A stretch of 64,000 nt of DNA from Thelocarpon superellum. Taxonomy: Eukaryota. The position numbers were made by a program, and so were the translations under genes. Positions 61,201-64,000 of this stretch are shown piece by piece (the stretch's first letter is position 1; every line of letters begins with the position of its first letter). The notes under the pieces were generated by a model, which made no database searches, had not been told where the DNA came from, and saw only the letters and a program-made list of their open reading frames with translations. Location of the stretch: positions 1 through 64,000 of the forward strand of contig JAPEUG010000029.1 of the NCBI GenBank assembly GCA_026025795.1, read 5' to 3'.

Positions 61201-63040
61201 ATGAGTGCCCCCGCACACAACTTCAAGGTCGCCGACCTGGTACATTGATCCTGCGGCCGTCCTGGCGTGTGTGGAGGAGAGATCCCAGACTGATGAACAT
61301 AGAGTCTGGCTGCCTTTGGCCGCCGCGAGATTGATCTGGCCGAAAATGCAAGGAGCAGCACCGCCCTCGTGAAGCGTGGCTTTGGCTGACATGTGTCCTA
61401 GGAAATGCCGGCAGGTCTTCTCCATGCGCCAGGTCGGCCGTTACTCATCGTTCAAAGGGATTGATGGCGACGCGGGCCAAGTATGCGAAGGAACAACCTC
61501 TGGCGGGCGCTCGTACGACTTCCCGGGAGCCAAGGATGCCGAATGCTTGCTGACCTCGTCCAGGCATTGCCGGCTGTTTACATATGAGTCAGCTGGATAG
61601 TCCTCGACGGAAGCGTTGAAGCTGTGCTGATGTCCACGTCTAGCCATCCAGACGGCCGTGCTGATTGAGTACGTCTCCGCCCTAGCTCGTCGGTGCGCTC
61701 ATAATGTGACACTGACCGTCGGCAGAACGCTCACCGCTCTTGGTGCCGAGGTGACTTGGTCCAGCTGCAACATCTTCTCCACACAAGACCATGCCGCGGC
61801 GGCCATTGCGGCATCGGGAACGCCTGTGTGAGTGACGGATCGGCCGAGACGCTCCGAGACGCGCTGACTAGCGCAGCTTTGCGTGGAAGGGAGAAACGGA
61901 GGAGGAGTACAACTGGTGCTTGGAGCAACAACTGGTGGCCTTTAAGGATGGGAAGCATCTCAATCTGATTCTCGACGACGGCGGTGACCTGACGGCCCTG
62001 GTGCACGAGAAGTACTCGGAGATGCTCTCGGGGTGCTACGGGGTGTCGGAGGAGACGACGACGGGGGTGCACCATCTCTACAAGATGTTGAAGAACAAGA
62101 CCCTCCTCGTGCCCTCCATCAATGTCAACGACGCCGTGACCAAGTCCAAGTTTGACAACCTCTACGGCTGTCGGGAATCCTTGGTCGACGGCATCAAGCG
62201 TGCGACCGACGTGATGATCGCCGGCAAGGTCGCCGTCGTGGCCGGTTTCGGAGACGTGGGCAAGGGATGCGCCATGGCCCTCCACGGAATGGGGGCCCGC
62301 GTGATTGTGACGGAGATCGATCCGATCAACGCTCTCCAAGCCGCGGTGTCGGGCTTCCAGGTCGTCACGATGGAGGAGGCGGCGCCGATCGGGCAGATCT
62401 TCGTCACCACCACGGGCTGCCGCGACATCCTGACTGGAGCTCACTTTGAGGTGATGAAGAACGATGCCATTGTCTGCAGTGAGTACACTGCCTTGCGTCA
62501 GCCAGGTACGCGGCTGATGACGGCCCAGATATCGGGCATTTCGATATCGAGATTGACGTCGCCTGGCTCAAGGCGAACGCCAAGGGCGTGCAGAACATCA
62601 AGCCACAGGTGGACCGCTACCTCATGAAGAGCGGGCGTCACATCATCCTCTTAGCCGAGGGCCGACTCGTGAACCTGGGCTGCGCTACTGGTCACTCCTC
62701 GTTCGTCATGTCCTGTTCCTTCACCAACCAAGTGCTCGCCCAGATCATGCTGTACAAGTGCGAGGATGCGAAGTTTGGCCAGAAGTATGTCGAGTTTGGC
62801 AAGACGGGCAAGCTCCCCATCGGCGTCTATGTGCTGCCCAAGATCCTGGATGAGCAGGTTGCCCTCCTGCATCTTGACCACGTCAACGCCAAGCTGTCCA
62901 AATTGACGCCCAAGCAAGCCGAGTACCTGAGCCTTCCCGTCGAGGGACCCTTCAAGTCGGACATGTAAGTTGTGATCACCTGATCTCCCATCCCCCGTGC
63001 ATCGGGGTACTGACTCCCGTGCTCCAGCTACCGCTACTAG
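61201..63040 (+). CDS. SAH1: S-adenosylhomocysteine hydrolase, 10 coding exons including a 9-nt microexon (61402-61410)
   Basis: [96 protein letters not shown] and [12 protein letters not shown]. Ends PFKSDIYRY*. Confidence 0.96.
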
Positions 63041-63448
63041 ACTCGCGAACCTTCCTCTCCCGCACCCGTTACGCCATCCGATCCGATGTGTTGGGAAGAG
63101 GCTCAACCCTTCAACATGAGTTACGACGGAACATTCTAGCGGCATTGGTCCTTCAACGGCAATGTGTTTTTTTGCCACTTGCTTCTCAAAATTGGGTCTC
63201 GAGGGTATCTGGGCGCGAATGAAGTGCGACACCGTTTTCACTTGACCCTTCAACCATGGTCAAGCTCCGTCCGTCCCGGAGGCATAGAATCTACATTGTC
63301 CTTCACATCAGCGGTGATTAGATCTGGCATTGGCCCTTATCAATGAGACGTGTGACATGCATCTCCGCGCGCATCCGGCCCGAGCGTGAAGCCTCCAACC
63401 CGCTCATCTCCCCCGCACTCCACTCTCACTCCACCCCCGGCCCGGCAC

Positions 63449-63938
63449 TCAAGACATGGTAACCTGGCACCGACAAGCCGCGTCATAAGCATCTTGCTGT
63501 CCGGTCAAGCTGTACGCGCCCTGCGTGTCCGGACACTTTCCACACCCATCACAGCCCGGCGAGTCCGGAATGCACTCATACCCAGCCATCACACAGTCAT
63601 CCAGCGACGTCGGCGGCGTACCCGTATCGACGCCCGTGTAGACCAGGCTCACCGTGACCTTGACGCACTCCCTCACGACACTCTGCGTCGCGTTGTTCCC
63701 CGCCGCTTGTTTCTCCTCGCTGGGCAGCTTGACGGACCCGTACCCGTACGAGCCCAGGTGGTCTGGAGCGGCGCTCACAACGGCGCTCCGACTCCAGGAG
63801 AGGGCGTGTAGAAATAAGAAAAGCACCCCTGTAGAACACCGGCGGGTCAGCGATGGGATACTGCGACCGAAATGGCAGTGACAGCAATAGCTGGCAAGAG
63901 AGAGAGAGGAGGGGGGAGGTGAAAGTCGTACAGTACAT
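63449..63938 (-). CDS. Small secreted cysteine-rich protein (128 aa, 8 Cys), 2 exons
   Basis: caacaATG TAC T|gtacga...gctgac...ctacag|GG GTG gives the signal peptide MYWVLFLFLHALSWSRSAVVSA followed by APD. Intron at 63829-63931. Confidence 0.72.
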
Positions 63939-64000
63939 TGTTGTCGCTTTCCGACCTCCGCGCTTTGAACGCTATCCAGCAGTGGGTGATCGAGACGTGG

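Noticed and set aside
61369..61401. Alternative GT donor (GTGAAG) for SAH1 intron 2
   Set aside because: It would leave a 33-nt intron, shorter than any other here, and insert ARSSTAL into a conserved segment.
61415..61457. Alternative GT donor (GTCTTC) for SAH1 intron 3
   Set aside because: It produces a frameshift with the available acceptor and is a poor donor match.

Overview
This is a 64-kb window of a GC-rich, intron-containing filamentous ascomycete (Pezizomycotina-like) nuclear genome. Introns are short (mostly 43-100 nt) with CTRAC-type branch sites. By joining exons manually I reconstruct about 22 protein-coding genes, mostly housekeeping: a HAD sugar/glycerol phosphatase, NUG1, PUT2, ARG1, beta-tubulin, DPB4, SLD3, CUS2, an AMT/MEP ammonium transporter, the SSK2 MAPKKK, a Mid2-like sensor, APQ12-like, GPN3, SAM synthetase, a large coiled-coil protein, a glyoxylate reductase-like dehydrogenase, an Iec1-like C2H2 protein, FPG glycosylase, MIX23/Cid2, UPF0643 and SAH1. 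Two cysteine-rich secreted proteins match no family I recognise. I found no convincing tRNA, rRNA, CRISPR array or intact transposon. The most unusual signal is the splicing architecture of SAH1 (S-adenosylhomocysteine hydrolase). Its conserved E-M-P motif sits on a 9-nt microexon flanked by two consecutive non-canonical GC-AG introns, and a 5'-UTR intron hides an in-frame upstream ATG. This is a candidate splicing-level control point for the methyl cycle, but that role is inference and untested. All gene models come from visual reading and need RNA-seq confirmation.
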